From Podarcis pityusensis (taxonomy: Eukaryota), in assembly GCA_964106645.2 (NCBI GenBank), contig OZ067039.1: a DNA stretch of 64,000 nucleotides; one strand, 5' to 3'. The translations under genes were made by a program, and so were the position numbers. Position 1 is the first letter of the stretch. Every line of letters starts with the position of its first letter. The notes beneath the pieces were generated by a model. That model made no database searches. It was not told the DNA's origin and worked only from the letters and a program-made list of their open reading frames with translations. Below are positions 49,574 through 62,725 of this stretch, piece after piece.

Positions 49574-51323
49574 CTTAAAGAGAAAGAGAGGGAGACAAAA
49601 ATTGAAAACACAATGAGACATCAATCAGCTCCTCCGAGTGGCTGCAGCAGCCATTCAAAACTGTAATCTGTAACGAGGAAAACAGACAGGTGAAGAGCTC
49701 TTATGCTACTTTAATTCCCACCCTTGCCCATCAGCCCTGAAGATACCTTGCAGGCTGCAAGCTGGAGGCCGTCTCTGAATTGGACATCCTGGCCTTAAAA
49801 CAAGGGCTAAGACAATTAATCTGACTGCGCGGAGATGTCACTCATGCTGTGTTGCTCAAGAATGGATTAATGGTATCTTACAGTACAGGCAGGCTCCTCC
49901 ACTTACAGAAGCAGAGTAAAGAGATGGGTGTCTGGCGGGGCATAGATTGAGAGAAATTTATTGTAGAGATATGCACTGCTGTGCACAGTATCAGCTTAAA
50001 GACCACTCCAGCACGGCAGCAGCACTTTAAAAGTAAGTCACTGGGTGGAAAATGCAGACATAGCAGCTAAGAAAGAATAAATATAATTGTCTCTCAATCT
50101 CAGATAGTATCAAAACTGTCAAGAAACAACTCGATAGGAAAAACAGAACACAGCAAACATAAAGGCGGCAAGAAGGAATCTCTGGGGAAAGATGGACAGG
50201 CATTTTCCTTAATATACGATATACTCCTCTGTGAGAGAAGAGTAACAAATAACAGAACCTACAAGAGTGGCTAGGTTTTACCTTTTCTCAGTGGATTGGT
50301 TTTCATGTTATATAAGGACAGATTCTACAGGTAAAATATAGGGGGAGATTCCCACACGGGAAGTGATGGGAACAATAATTCTGGTTACAACTTGATATTG
50401 GAGTTTACAAGCAACGTTCTCATGGGCACTCATTGAGCAGAATGACCAAATGCACCGAGGAGAAAATGACTGAATGAAATAATCAAGCCAAACAAAACTC
50501 TAATTTGCTCATGCTATTATGTGGGTCAGGTCACAAAGATGCAAAGCCACAGTCTGCTAGGAAAGCAAATTAAGGCACACGAGATGAAACCAATCACGTC
50601 GTTCCCAAGGGGACAATTGCAAAGATACAAGATATGTCAAATAATTTGAGCGTGTGGATATTAGTCACAATCTGGAAAATCCCTCCCTGTTTCCGATCTG
50701 AAAAGTCTAATTGTGCATTGTTGTTTATTTGTCCATCCTTCCCCTGATATGCACGCAGTTGTATGAAATGAATTCGCATGTTAACAATGAAGTATTAAAT
50801 GAATTTCCTGTCACTGGGAATTTATGACCTGCTCACATATTAGGAATGCAGGAAGCTGCCTTACACCGAGTCAGACCACTGGTCCATACAGTTCAGCACC
50901 GTCTACACTGACTGGCAGCTGATCTCCAGGGTTTCTGTCAGGGGGGACAGATGATGACACCCAGCCCTACCTGGAGATAACAGGGATTGAACCTTGAACC
51001 TTCTACATGCAAAACAGATGCCCTACCAATGGGCTTTGGTCCTTTCCATCTAATGTCAGATATGTGGCCTGATCAGATGATGTCTGTCCCACATGCATGG
51101 TGGGGAATGAGAAGCAGGGAGTAAACCTGCTCTACCCCTTAAGATAGCTCCAGTTCTCCTTCAAAAGCTGGATGACCAGACATATTACCTACATGTCCCT
51201 ATTTCCAACTCAGTCATAACTAAAGCTTTCCAATTATTCTCTCATTTTGATTTTCAAGTCAAAAGTTGTGCTTTCCTGAATAGAGGGGGGGAAGCAGAAA
51301 TATAATGGACGGTGTAGAAATAA

Positions 51324-51368
<45 letters not shown>
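51324..51368. repeat. (ATT)15 microsatellite
   Basis: Read directly from the sequence. Confidence 0.95.
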
Positions 51369-54300
51369 TCCTGATAAGGCTCTTAGTGTGTGAATTGTGA
51401 ATGCTCACCTTTTATCAACCCGGTTCATTGCCATTAATTCCCCTATTTGCTGCTGCTTTGGCACCACATTTTTCTACTAATTATACAGCAGCAACATTTT
51501 CCTGGATCAGTAATATAGCAATTCTAGACAATGGGGGTTCATACAGCAATGAGATGATGTCACACAGCATTTGACTAAGCCGGTCAAATTTGGTAGTATA
51601 CTAACATCACCAAGGGCATAAACTATTAAATTTAGAGGGAGGACAATGCTTTATGAATAGCTGAGCACTTCTGAAGCAATTGTAAAACACACACACCATT
51701 TGACACTGGCAACAATGTCCAGAAGCAGCAGCAAACTTCCCCCCCCACTTCAGCGCTATTCATAATTCCTTAGCTCCTTCTTAGCATTTCTTTAAAAAAT
51801 AAGCAGAGGTGAGTTTCTTATATGGTCATTTGGACAGTAAAAACTAGATCGGTCAGTATAATTGAATGGAATAAGTGAAAAAAATCTATTCTGCATTGTC
51901 ATGCGCACTGCTAGGACTCTCATTAGCCCCAGGTAATAGGTGGAAGAATGCCTATTGTAATGAAAATGCTCAGTGACAAACTGAACTAAGGAACGAGAAA
52001 ACTACCTGTCAAGCAAGGTGAGAACAGTTCAGATAACAAGGACAAATTTATTCTTGATCCTTGCCTCTCTGTTCCACAGTTAAATCTATGTTTTGTTTAG
52101 AGAACATGTGAATCTCTTCTTTACTATAGTGAATCGCTCTGCTCCCCACTCCTCTCCTCCCCTTCCCAATAGATTGATGGGCTACATCTACTATGTATCA
52201 CCTGATTCCCAAATACCAGGGGGGGAAAGGCCTTAATTAGGCAGGGTTATTTAAAGATGTTATGTCCACAAGTCCTAGCTAGGAGGCTTCCCTCGAGACA
52301 TCTAGTAACAGCTATAGCTTGGTCCAGATAATTTTGTAATCTGGATGGGTTCCAAAAGCATCTGCTATTCAAAGCATCGCTTGGTATTTATCTTGAGGCT
52401 TTGTAGTTAAATCAGAATGTGTCAGCAGCCTAGAATGCCCCTTTATATCTCCCTTTTGTCCAATTTTAATGCCAGAGATATTTTGAGTTTGTGTAATTGT
52501 TTCAAGCAAGTCAGTCAAAGGGCTTTGAGAAAAAGTCTGTGTGTGTTGGGGGGGGGAGAGATTATTTCACTTTCCATACCGCCTGCTCAGTAGGAGAGGG
52601 TAAACGACTGGACCAAATATTTTCTTATGCACGGTCTTCTTTTAGGGGCAAACTGAGACAAAGGAATTAAAAGAAAGTAACAAAATAAAATTTGAAATGA
52701 GAGTGTTGAGCTGGCCTAGAGGAAGCTGGTCTACATCTAGATTTTGCTGCGCTCCCCCCCCCCCCTCAAAAGAGTCCTTCTCCCCCATCCATAAGATTCT
52801 TTCTCTGCAGAGGCCAGAGATGGAGGCTTGCTTACAATCAGCTTGATTGCTTCTGAAGTTCACATTATGTTCAAAGAGATGGCTCAATTATGTTATTCTA
52901 ATCACATCTACTTCAGAAGACACACCTGGTCGGTATGAATATAGATGTGGAAGAAAAGAACACTGTAACAAACACATTTGATAGTAAATATTATGAAGGG
53001 ATTCTGTAATGTACAAATGCAAGCAGAGTCCCTGTGGATGCAGATGTGAATATATGTCTATCCAAGGACTACATTCCCTTTGATATCAACTGGTGTTTTA
53101 CTTAGAAATGACAGTCGGGGTTTTAGAAAGGCGTCTCAGTGATTCCTTTAAGTAAGAGTATTGATAATCCCCTGATTGGGGGTGTCCAATGTTCTTAATG
53201 TATACTTAAGGCCAATGACACATAGGTTTCTGAAAAATGGGGAAAATGTATAAAAAGGAGGGAACAAGGAAAAGCTTACAGAAAAAAAAGTGGCCACTAT
53301 TGTTTAACTTTCCAAGGTTAAGAACAAGTCCCAGAGCTTTGCAAAACCAACTGTTCAAAGACTTATGAAATTGATTTTTTTAAAGCAGCAATTTTCTACA
53401 ACCTTGAATGCAAGAACTTAATACCAAAACAACCACAGGTTTTAATGGGTCACAGAAGTAAAGCTGGAAGTGGGATCCCAATGAACATGTAATGTCTGCT
53501 GATGGAATGGGTCCAAGTTTCTAAGTTTACAAAGATGCAAAGAAAAACCTTCATATGGGCAAGTAACACAAGCTTTTTGTTTCACTCCAGTTGAGGTTTC
53601 CCTTGCAATGCAAATAATAGCTTCAGAGAGGTCATTTTTGTTTAGACTTAAGGCAGGAAAAGAAAAAAGCTAGTTTCAGCTGCCAATGGTCCTGAAACTG
53701 CTCAAGCTTCCCCTCAGCTCCTTTTTTCATACCATAAAATGTGCATGTTGAATGCATTTGCACACTTAAAATCATGTCTAGTTTGGCCTGCAGTCACCTA
53801 AGACTTTCATTGACTTAATCACTATAGGATGGCAATGGCTCAGGGTTTTGGTAAACCATAGTTAATCGTTAAACCACAATTTCTGGCTTAGTGTTATGTC
53901 AAAATTAGGGATCATGGTTTGCTATTTACTTACTGATTCCGATTAATTTGGAGCAAAACAAACCACAATCCCTGGTTTGGACTCAACACTTAGCTTAGGA
54001 TCCTGGTTTCTTTCTCCTGTATGCTAGCAAGGAGGAGCAAAGCAGGCAATATTTACTATGGTTTACTGTGACATGCAGATGAGGCCCAGTGTAATTTTTA
54101 CCTGAGGGTCCAGCTTCCTCCTTATTCAGCGGTGAAAGCAAAGTAAACACATGGAGAAGCCATCCTGACTGCCATACATTTGATGGGCTGCTACTCAAAC
54201 CAAGACTTTAAGCATAGTGACACCAGCATTTTAGAATATATTTCCTATTGAAATTAAACAGGCACCTACAATTCTCACATTTTGTCCTTTAATGAAAAGG

Positions 54301-55480
54301 TTATTCTTCTGTCAAGCATTTTTAGAGAAATGATTTTATTCATTGTAGGTCACTTGACACTGTACTTTGTAATTTTATGATGCTATAGTGGATTTTTATT
54401 GTTTTGTTCATTTGTTTAATTTGGTACACACCATGATACATGCTAATCTCACACCTGGTATATGCAAACTGAGATCCAACCTGCAATAACTAGACTCATT
54501 CATAGGTTTGTTGACACCCTGTGACCAAATCATTTTTGCTTCAGATCACTGGTTCATGCATAGCAGTTCTGCTTTTTGCATGTGTTCATTCCTGTTATAA
54601 TTTCACCTTGCAAGATAGTCCCCCTCACTCATTCGCTGGGCCTATGTATGGGTGGATTATCTATTTACCTCCTGACTCACATGCACACACAACAAACTCA
54701 TCTATTTCCACATCCTTAAGGATGCTTACAAAAAGTTCATGTCACAATCAATTTATTAGTCTTAAAGGAGCCACAAAACTTGTTATTTTTACAGCTACGT
54801 ACCAACGCATCTACTTCTCTAGAATTTGTTTCTAATAGTTGCAGATGTTCATGTCATGTTTTTCACCTGTACTGCAGAGAAGAGATGGTCCCAAGAGTCC
54901 TTGTATGCCCCTCCAGGAGCCAAGGCTATACAAGGAACGATGTCTGCAGGTTTTGATTTGATTAGTCACATTCTGCATCTTCTGGGTGCCCAGAGGCCTT
55001 GTTCCTTCCTAATGGATGCTCTGTGCAATCTCTCTAACTGCACTTGATGGAGTTGAAGGAGATGCCTGTCAGCTTGCAGTTTACTTCTTTGGAATCAGCT
55101 GTATGTATGTGTTGTTCTGTGTGCTCAGGAGCTGCACCTGAATTTACGTAAGTCTGGCTGTATGCCCCTGTTCTAACTGTGGGTATTCATTGGCAAGCAG
55201 AGATACAGGGATAACTTAGCCTCATCCGTCTATCCAGCTCCAAACTGCAGCTGATTTTTCTCCTGTTTTACCCCCACCCGTTCCTTTTAACTAACGTTTT
55301 CTAAATGGCCTCCATGGCCTAGGAAAGAGCAACATTCATTAGAGTACTGCCTCTTTATAATTTGAGGCTAATAGGACAATTTCTCTCCTTCCTTAGGAAT
55401 CTCTAAAGGGAATATATAGAAGCAGAAATCATCCACTTGAAACTGAGCACAGGATATAGCTCTGTCTTTGAAAAAAAGGG

Positions 55481-55483
<3 letters not shown>

Positions 55484-55511
<28 letters not shown>
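55484..55511. repeat. (TC)n microsatellite
   Basis: Read directly from the sequence. Confidence 0.9.
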
Positions 55512-56332
55512 GGCTAACAATGCACACTGAATAGCTGAAGATAATCCACTTGCTAATGCTGGGCTTACCAGTCTGGGCTGGCTACCCATGAAGACCCACA
55601 GAAAATTCTGAATGACTTCTGAAAATTCTGAAGGAGTCTAAAGCAAGGGAACGGAAGGGCATGCATGGCAAAATGACAAGATTTAGCTCCCCCCCTCCCT
55701 CTGTGATTTCATGCTTCACAATACAGACATTGGGGTTGTGCTGGATAAAAACCACAACATGACAAACTCACACAGCAACCTGGTATGCCATAGCATTTCC
55801 CCTCACTCCACCACCTCCAATCCAGCCTCTACTTGGAGTGGTGGTGGATTTCTATAGGTCACTCCAGGGGCTTCCTACTGGGATTGAGGGGGGGGGGAGC
55901 CACTGCTGTCAACAGGAGCATCCCTCCCATAAGGTAATTGCCTTATGGGGGGATTTTTAAGGGGACCACACTGGATGAAGTGTTAAATAAACCTCCCCTC
56001 ACTGCATGCTGCAGTCCCAGTGAAAATTACGCCTTTCACAGAAAGCGTTGTGTGCTACTCACTTAACATAATGTGTAATCAGGGCCTTGGATCCTATGCA
56101 CATCTTACATTGGGCTGCTATGGCTTCCCTTGATTAAACACTTTCCGTTCCAGTGACTGAAGGAGACATGGCCCCCAATGGATTCCTTACTTGACAAACA
56201 TGGATTCCAGTGATGTCTTGTGCTCATTAAAAAAAACCCACACCCAACAATTAAACAAAGAAAAAGCAGAACTTTCACCTGTCTTCTAAACCCTTTGAAG
56301 CAAAGGGTCTAGGCGTGCTGGCTCTCACTTAC

Positions 56333-56779
56333 CAAGTTGCCTTCATCATCCATATCGTCACATTCAGGAAGTGGATCTTCCAAATGAAGCTGCTGTATCA
56401 GAACTCTGGAGGTTGTTTTACCATTGCAATCTTGGTGCTCTGATACAGAGGTGTGGCTACTGTGTATGCTGCTGGTCCGGTATAGAGAAGGCACCTGAAG
56501 GGTATCTTGGAAGTCAAAAGAGCCTTTGGTTTCCAGTGACTCAATGCGGTGAGGTATAGTGCCATTAATGCTCCCAGTCCGACTGGACTGCTCTTCATCA
56601 GAGCTTTCCCCTTCCTCTGAACTCTGCTTCCCATCCCCGGATAGAAGTGACTTGCGCTCTCCACTTTGGTTGCGACGTTTCAAGCTGGGAGCCCGCCCTA
56701 TGCTGTTCCAGCTTGACCTGCGGCTGTTCCAGCTACCTCCGGCACTCCAAGGACTGTGTGGGGAACTCCGGGCGCTCAC
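56333..56779 (-). CDS. CACNA1G: CACNA1G exon 17 (447 nt, II-III linker)
   Basis: gccccag|GTGAGC...AACTTG|gtaagt; [11 protein letters not shown]...GRAPSLKRR...EHQDCNGK...DDEGNL; phase 0/0. Confidence 0.95.
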
Positions 56780-56971
56780 CTGGGGCAAAGCAGCGAAGAA
56801 CAGGTAAGAAAACCAAGCCAGGTGCTAAACAATAACCACCTGGGGCCTGCACTCAATTAGCAAGGCCTCAAGCCATCAAACATCGCAGTAGGTGCTCTGG
56901 TATGTCACACCCTTGGAAACAACCGCTAAGACAAGAAACAAACAGCGTGACAAGAAAGACAACTCACGTAC

Positions 56972-57156
56972 CGGAGATTTGAGATCATATGTATTAGGAT
57001 CCATGGAGATGCTACTAGCTCTTCGGGAATCATAGCCTTGAGCTGTTTCCCCATAGATGGCACTTTTCGGCATGGGCATTGGTGTAGCGGCGGTGTGGAT
57101 GATGAGCGGAGGTGTTAAGCTCTTCTTTAGCTCTGGGTGGTCACAAAGAGCCATCA
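56972..57156 (-). CDS. CACNA1G: CACNA1G exon 16 (185 nt)
   Basis: ttctcag|TGATGG...TCTCCG|gtacgt; (L)MALCDHPELKKSLTPPLIIHTAATPMPMPK...YDLKSP; phase 1/0. Confidence 0.93.
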
Positions 57157-57885
57157 CTGAGAAAAACAAAGGACATTTAAGTCATACCCTAAGGGTGGAG
57201 GCAAGTGAATGCATGTGTCAATGTATTGATGCCAACTTGATGCCATGTGCTTCTGATCTAAAGAGATTTCTCCTCCTCATCTCTTCCACCCTTGTATAAT
57301 ATGAGTTTCACATTTTTCTGTTTGTACACTTCTTGTACTCTACTCTCTTTCATTTAGCTCTGATCACTTTTCCTAAATACACATGAATTACAAGTAGCAG
57401 CGCTCTGCTTCTTCCATTCCCATTGAGAGATACCAACAAGGCCAGTCTCCCTTTTCTGGTGGATAGTCTTTAATGACACCCTTAAAGGTAAGCAGCTTGG
57501 GCAGAGGGAAGGAGCAACATAATGTACAGTAGGCTTCTCCAACCTGATGTCATGATGAGGTTGGACTACAATACCCATCGATTCCAAATGATATACAGAA
57601 GTATCAAGTCTTCTTCCCTACACCCCCCCCCCACCATGAGAAGGGAAAGAGACCGGCCCATTAAGCTAATGGTCTGTAAGTCATGTATGAAATTTTTAAG
57701 GCCACCAAATAGGAGTTTCCTTTCTGAATTCTTTTGATTACAATCATTCAATTATGTTCTCTTGAATCAAAATCGCATTAGTTCAAAGTGAGACTATTCT
57801 GGAGTTAGAAGTTCAAGAAAAACAACACCCGCTATTCATACTAAAATGAAAAACAGTTCTCCTTGAAGGAGCAGCAGCTACTTAC

Positions 57886-57976
57886 AGGCTGGATTTGAAA
57901 AGTTCTTAAGCCCACAGTCTTCTTCCAGACTACGGGGGAAAAGCTCCCCTTCAGAATCAGATTTAGTAGCATCACC
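57886..57976 (-). CDS. CACNA1G: CACNA1G exon 15 (91 nt)
   Basis: gatctag|GGTGAT...GCCT|gtaagt; GDATKSDSEGELFPRSLEEDCGLKNFSNPA; phase 0/1. Confidence 0.9.
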
Positions 57977-60900
57977 CTAGATCAAAACAAAGTGCCTTAG
58001 CAAGCAGGATGAAAAAGCGAAAGTTAACTCAGGATTCCCCTTCTGAATAAAAGGGTCCTTTCACCCAACAAGATATCCACTGTTCCACTGAAATTGTTAC
58101 CACAATGGGACATCACCTTCCACAAAATGATGCATGCATATATTGATAGCACATCAATTCACTATGCAGTAATCCTTCAGGAAGGGCAGAGAGGCTACAT
58201 TTGATTCAAAAGCAGCTGAAGACTTGAATGGGGCAGGAACAAACTGTTTAACCTCCATCAGTTGGAATCTCAGACCGAAACACAGCTAAATGCTCTATTG
58301 GCCAAGTAAAATTAGACTCTATTCTTAACTTACTTTCCTGGCTATTCAGACAAATTCCTCATACACCTACATTCACAGGAAGTCAAAATGCTTCTTGCTG
58401 AAACTGATTTTTTAAATAAGATGTTTGCAAATTGCATTGAGACATATACATGGAAGGCTATTCACTAATTATTATCATTACTGATAATATACAAAATAAT
58501 CAAGATTTTAACCAGGAATCTGAAAATGTATCTTGGTGATTACAGTGGGTAAGGGAATATGGGTGACGATACTGGAAAATGGGAATATATAGAAGAAAGT
58601 CCAACTAAGTGGGCAGCCTCTAATCTGATTGCTGCATGCAGCTTTTTCAAAAATAGTTAACAATACAAAAATCTGCAGTCAAAACCTTTTCTGGGAGGAC
58701 ACTTTCTATTGTTAGCTATCCTTTGGGAGGAAGGGTAGAAAACAAGTTCAATAATAAAGATAGACTTTTACAAAATTTAGACTGGTACAAACTACTGATT
58801 AGTAGTGTGAATTCATTTATTTGAATGGCTTGAAGTAAATATATATATCCTATCTGGTTGCCAATGAAGAGCAGTGACATGGGTCTACATGACTGAAATG
58901 GTAAGATCTGGATCACTTGGCTATAGGCAACGGGGTTTTACCACATGGGCAAGTCCTGTCTAACAAATTAGAAGCTTGAAGCTGACAAAAAGCTTGTCCC
59001 TACTAGAGGGTGGCCTAGAGCTTCTTCCAATTCCATGTTAAATAATTCACTTGCTCATTAGCCTCTGCCATTTGCTTCACTGTTAGGTTTCTAAGATCAG
59101 GCATCATTAACAAAGGGCCCTCAATACCTTCCCCTTGAGTCCTCTGATCCAATTCACTGGCACATGTGGTGGTAGATGGGAGAGTGTTATAACCCAAAAA
59201 TATAAGCCAGGAATAGCATATACAATAATTATTCCAGTCCTGATTTCCCGAAGAAATCATAATTCCAGAGAAGAGTAGTCTCCAGTGAGTTTGATGTGGT
59301 CAGTGGAAGAAGTTGATGCAGCGATAACAGAGAAGCCAAGCAATTTTTTACTTTCCTAGTTTTCTAGCTAAAGTAAGACAACTACCACAGCAAAGTACAA
59401 CAAAGTCTACATTGCTGTTCTAAAAAGCCTTGGCTCACCCTGATGACATTTGGTGCTTGAACAAAACATGAAAAGCAGAATGGGCAGTAGTTAGGAGGAT
59501 AATGCTAAATGGCTGGCTTTTGAAAACAATTTTTGCCTGATTAAAGAGTACAGGGCACATCATCAACATAAATGACCTTTATTTTCTCTAATTAAGTGCC
59601 TGTGTCTGTTTATCTATGTAGCTGAGCACATAACGTATTTTTTCTCCAATCAAGCTTTGAACTTTTTCTCAAAGATGCTTCTTCATCAAAACAGAGAGTG
59701 CACATAAACACAAAATCCTGCATCTTCACCAGGTCTGTATGTAGGGCATTAGGTCTATTTAGAAATACTCAGTCTCCCCCTATTATGGTAGGTGAGAATT
59801 GTTGAGGAATGTATTCCATTAAAAGGGACTTAAACTAATTAGTTTTTTTGTGACACAGAATCAACCTGACTTCTCCTCTTGGAAAGTTTCCCAACAGTAT
59901 ACTAAAGATGAACTGATTTATTTAAGACAATAATTAAAACAGGATTAGAAGCAGTAATCTATTAATCTCCACAATTAATGGATCAATTCATTAGTGTTTT
60001 AGACATGATTTAACCATGCTTTCACAGATAACAAGAGGCATAGCAATAGGGAAGGACAGGGTGATGTTTCTTACTTGATCTAATGCTTATTACTTTAAGT
60101 CAGGGCAGAGTGGTGAATCTCAAACCTTTCAGATTTTGTTGGGCTTTAATTCATATCAGCCCTAGCTAGCATGGCCAATAGTCAGCGATAATGGGAGTTT
60201 TACCTATCCCCCCTTTTTTTCTTTACTCTGTAGCCTTTTGGTAACTTCCAGAGGGCTACAGGTTCTCCATCCCCAGTTTAAATGCAGAAGTATCACAAAG
60301 CTTCATGATCAACTGATCTCTTAACACCAAAAGAATTTGGTCCAGCATAAGGTATCATCTTTTATCTATTTTGTATCTCTTGAGATTTAAAGTATGGAGT
60401 CTTAACTGAAGCTGCCCCCTGTTGAGATGATGCCCAGAATTAATAGCATTGCTGTAAAATAGCTGCATTGCTTCTTTCAATCAGCCAATGCATTAAATAC
60501 GTTTCCTCAACAATAACTTATTATGCTATTTAGTGGAGATAAATGGCTCACTTAATTATCTCTAAAAGGTCAGTTGTGTTTATATGCTTCAAAATGAATA
60601 TGATGGGCTGGGTTTAAACCTGGGAAACTCCTGAAATAACTCCATGGGGGGTTTCTTCAGTTTGGCAGTCCATTTTTCTGCAATTCCAATTTCTCACTAA
60701 TGCTTCAAGCAAAAATGAGAGAAATTCCTGTTCAGATATGTGCCTTTATAAGACTTGCTGCTTCAGAAAAATAAAGTGTTTTTGATGAGGAAATGTGCCA
60801 AAGCACGATATGACATTGCATAAAATATCACATTGCAAGCAACTATATTAGCACAAATGTCCAGAGCCAAACTACTATGTATGTGGAAAAGTATGAACAA

Positions 60901-62656
60901 AAGAGAGGTTAATTAATTAATTAACTACTTGGTGGTTTTTAGAGTGAAGCTGGATTAAGATCCTCAGATTGAAATTTGTTATATCTTTTCATGATTTAGT
61001 TTGAGTTCCTAAAAATATAAATAAAGAACAGGGGGGAGATACTTTTATCCTCCAGCCCTGCAGCACCAAACCCCATGTTTCCTTTGAAATAAAGCACCCC
61101 TGCCAAATAATATACCAGCACCTTTGTCAGTACACTAAGCACTAAGTTTAGCCGCAGAGAAGCATCATCCACCAGGGCTCCAATAGAAATTACCTGTTTT
61201 TGCACTCCCAGTTTGCCTTTCTGGATGAAAAAGGCATCGTATGAGTGAATGTAGAGTTTAAATCTTTTTTTTCTAGAAGCACAAGTACTTTGAGATGGCC
61301 TACAGGGTATTAGAGATATACAAATGTAGGGAAAGCAGTATCTGGCTATAACACAAGAGGCTTTTCATCTAAATAAAAGCTGCTGCTTCCAATGCTGAAT
61401 GGAAATGGAGAAAAAATGGGAAGGGATAGACACATGGCAGGAATAGGCTATGGAAAGGGAAGCACAATTTATGAAGCGCTTGATTTCATGGAAATAAATG
61501 CAGCCTTGTAGACTTTTAGTATGTCAACATTTGACATAGCTTTTGTGTCATCATTCTGGGTTGTTGTTTTTTTAATATAAAGAAAACACTGTTAGCATAC
61601 AGAACATTGTTAGGATTTAGGTCCATCAGCACATCATAACTCTATGAAAGAGTAGGAGTATTAAAACTTGTTCTGACCTTTCCTACATACCCTAGACTGG
61701 GGGATTTCGCTCAGAGATTATTGCCCAAGTTATCTGCAGTTTTCTTTTTTTTTTTAAAGACACCTGCATTTATTGCAGCTGCCTCGATTTTAGCACTGAC
61801 TTTTCCAGAACAGAGTTGTCTCACACATGAGCATCCACAAAACGTGCTTGATTTTAGGTCTCTTCTGTCTTTGAGGGGTTTCTTTAATCTCTCTCTCTCT
61901 CTTTTAACAAGAACTGGGTGTGGTATGCAAAGCAGTTAACAGCCTGTTTGTAAACCCCGTGCAAGGTCAAGAATATGCTGAAAACAATATGGGTCACGTT
62001 ATCTTAGAATTCACTTTAATCCAATGGGCAGTCTCTCAGTGACTTGAATGGTCTCTGGGCCTAAGCTAGTACACCCCTGCCATTGGTAGTAAGTAGATAA
62101 AACAATTTTATGTTGAGAAAGTAGATATAACAATTTGTATCTCTCCATGAACATGAAACAAATCTACATGCATAAGGGCAAGTGCATTAGCGTAGTAAAT
62201 GCAAGCAAATCCCAGTGATCCCGACTGAAAGCAAAACCTGGATCCATGGAGTCACAGGCAGCATGTTGCTCAAGCCTATCTAATGCTTGGAGAGCACTGG
62301 CCAAGGCATGAAACTGAACTTCCATATGCAAATATTATTTAAAATGGCATCTACCTTTTAGGGAGAAACCAGAAGCTTGTGAAGAAAAATCTCAGTAGGG
62401 AGGAAGGAAGGAATCCAGAACAGGTTCTCAATTATTAAGGGGACTCTGTTAATTCCCTCAAAGAAGGAAGAGACTTTAAATCAAGGCTAACTTGACAACA
62501 ACAACAAGTCCAAAACCAAACAGCTACCATGATGAGAACAGTGGCGATGATGTGATTGTTCACCACAGAGGGAGAGAATGAGAGAAAAAGAGAGAGAGAG
62601 AGAGAGAGACAACTATCAGACGAAGTTTGGGGTGTTCATGCCAAGGTCTTACATAC

Positions 62657-62725
62657 CACTGACGAGTCGACAGGCAGCTGAATACAGCTTAACTGCCTAC
62701 TCGCTGCTTCCCGTTTGGTGATTTC
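62657..62725 (-). CDS. CACNA1G: CACNA1G exon 14 (alternative cassette, 69 nt, II-III linker)
   Basis: ttttacttcag|GAAATC...TCAGTG|gtatgt; translates EITKREAASRQLSCIQLPVDSSV; phase 0/0; not annotated in this frame by the ORF track. Confidence 0.9.

Noticed and set aside
55770-55980. Hairpins (tccaccacc..tccaa / ttggagtggtggtgga; cccataaggtaattgccttatggg) suggesting a miRNA or terminator
   Set aside because: Stems are short or imperfect and more simply explained as decayed MITE arms; no recognised ncRNA.
316-62725. Assignment to CACNA1H/CACNA1I or to a pseudogene
   Set aside because: The exon 14, 25C and 26 peptides are CACNA1G-specific, and all exons are stop-free and phase-consistent.
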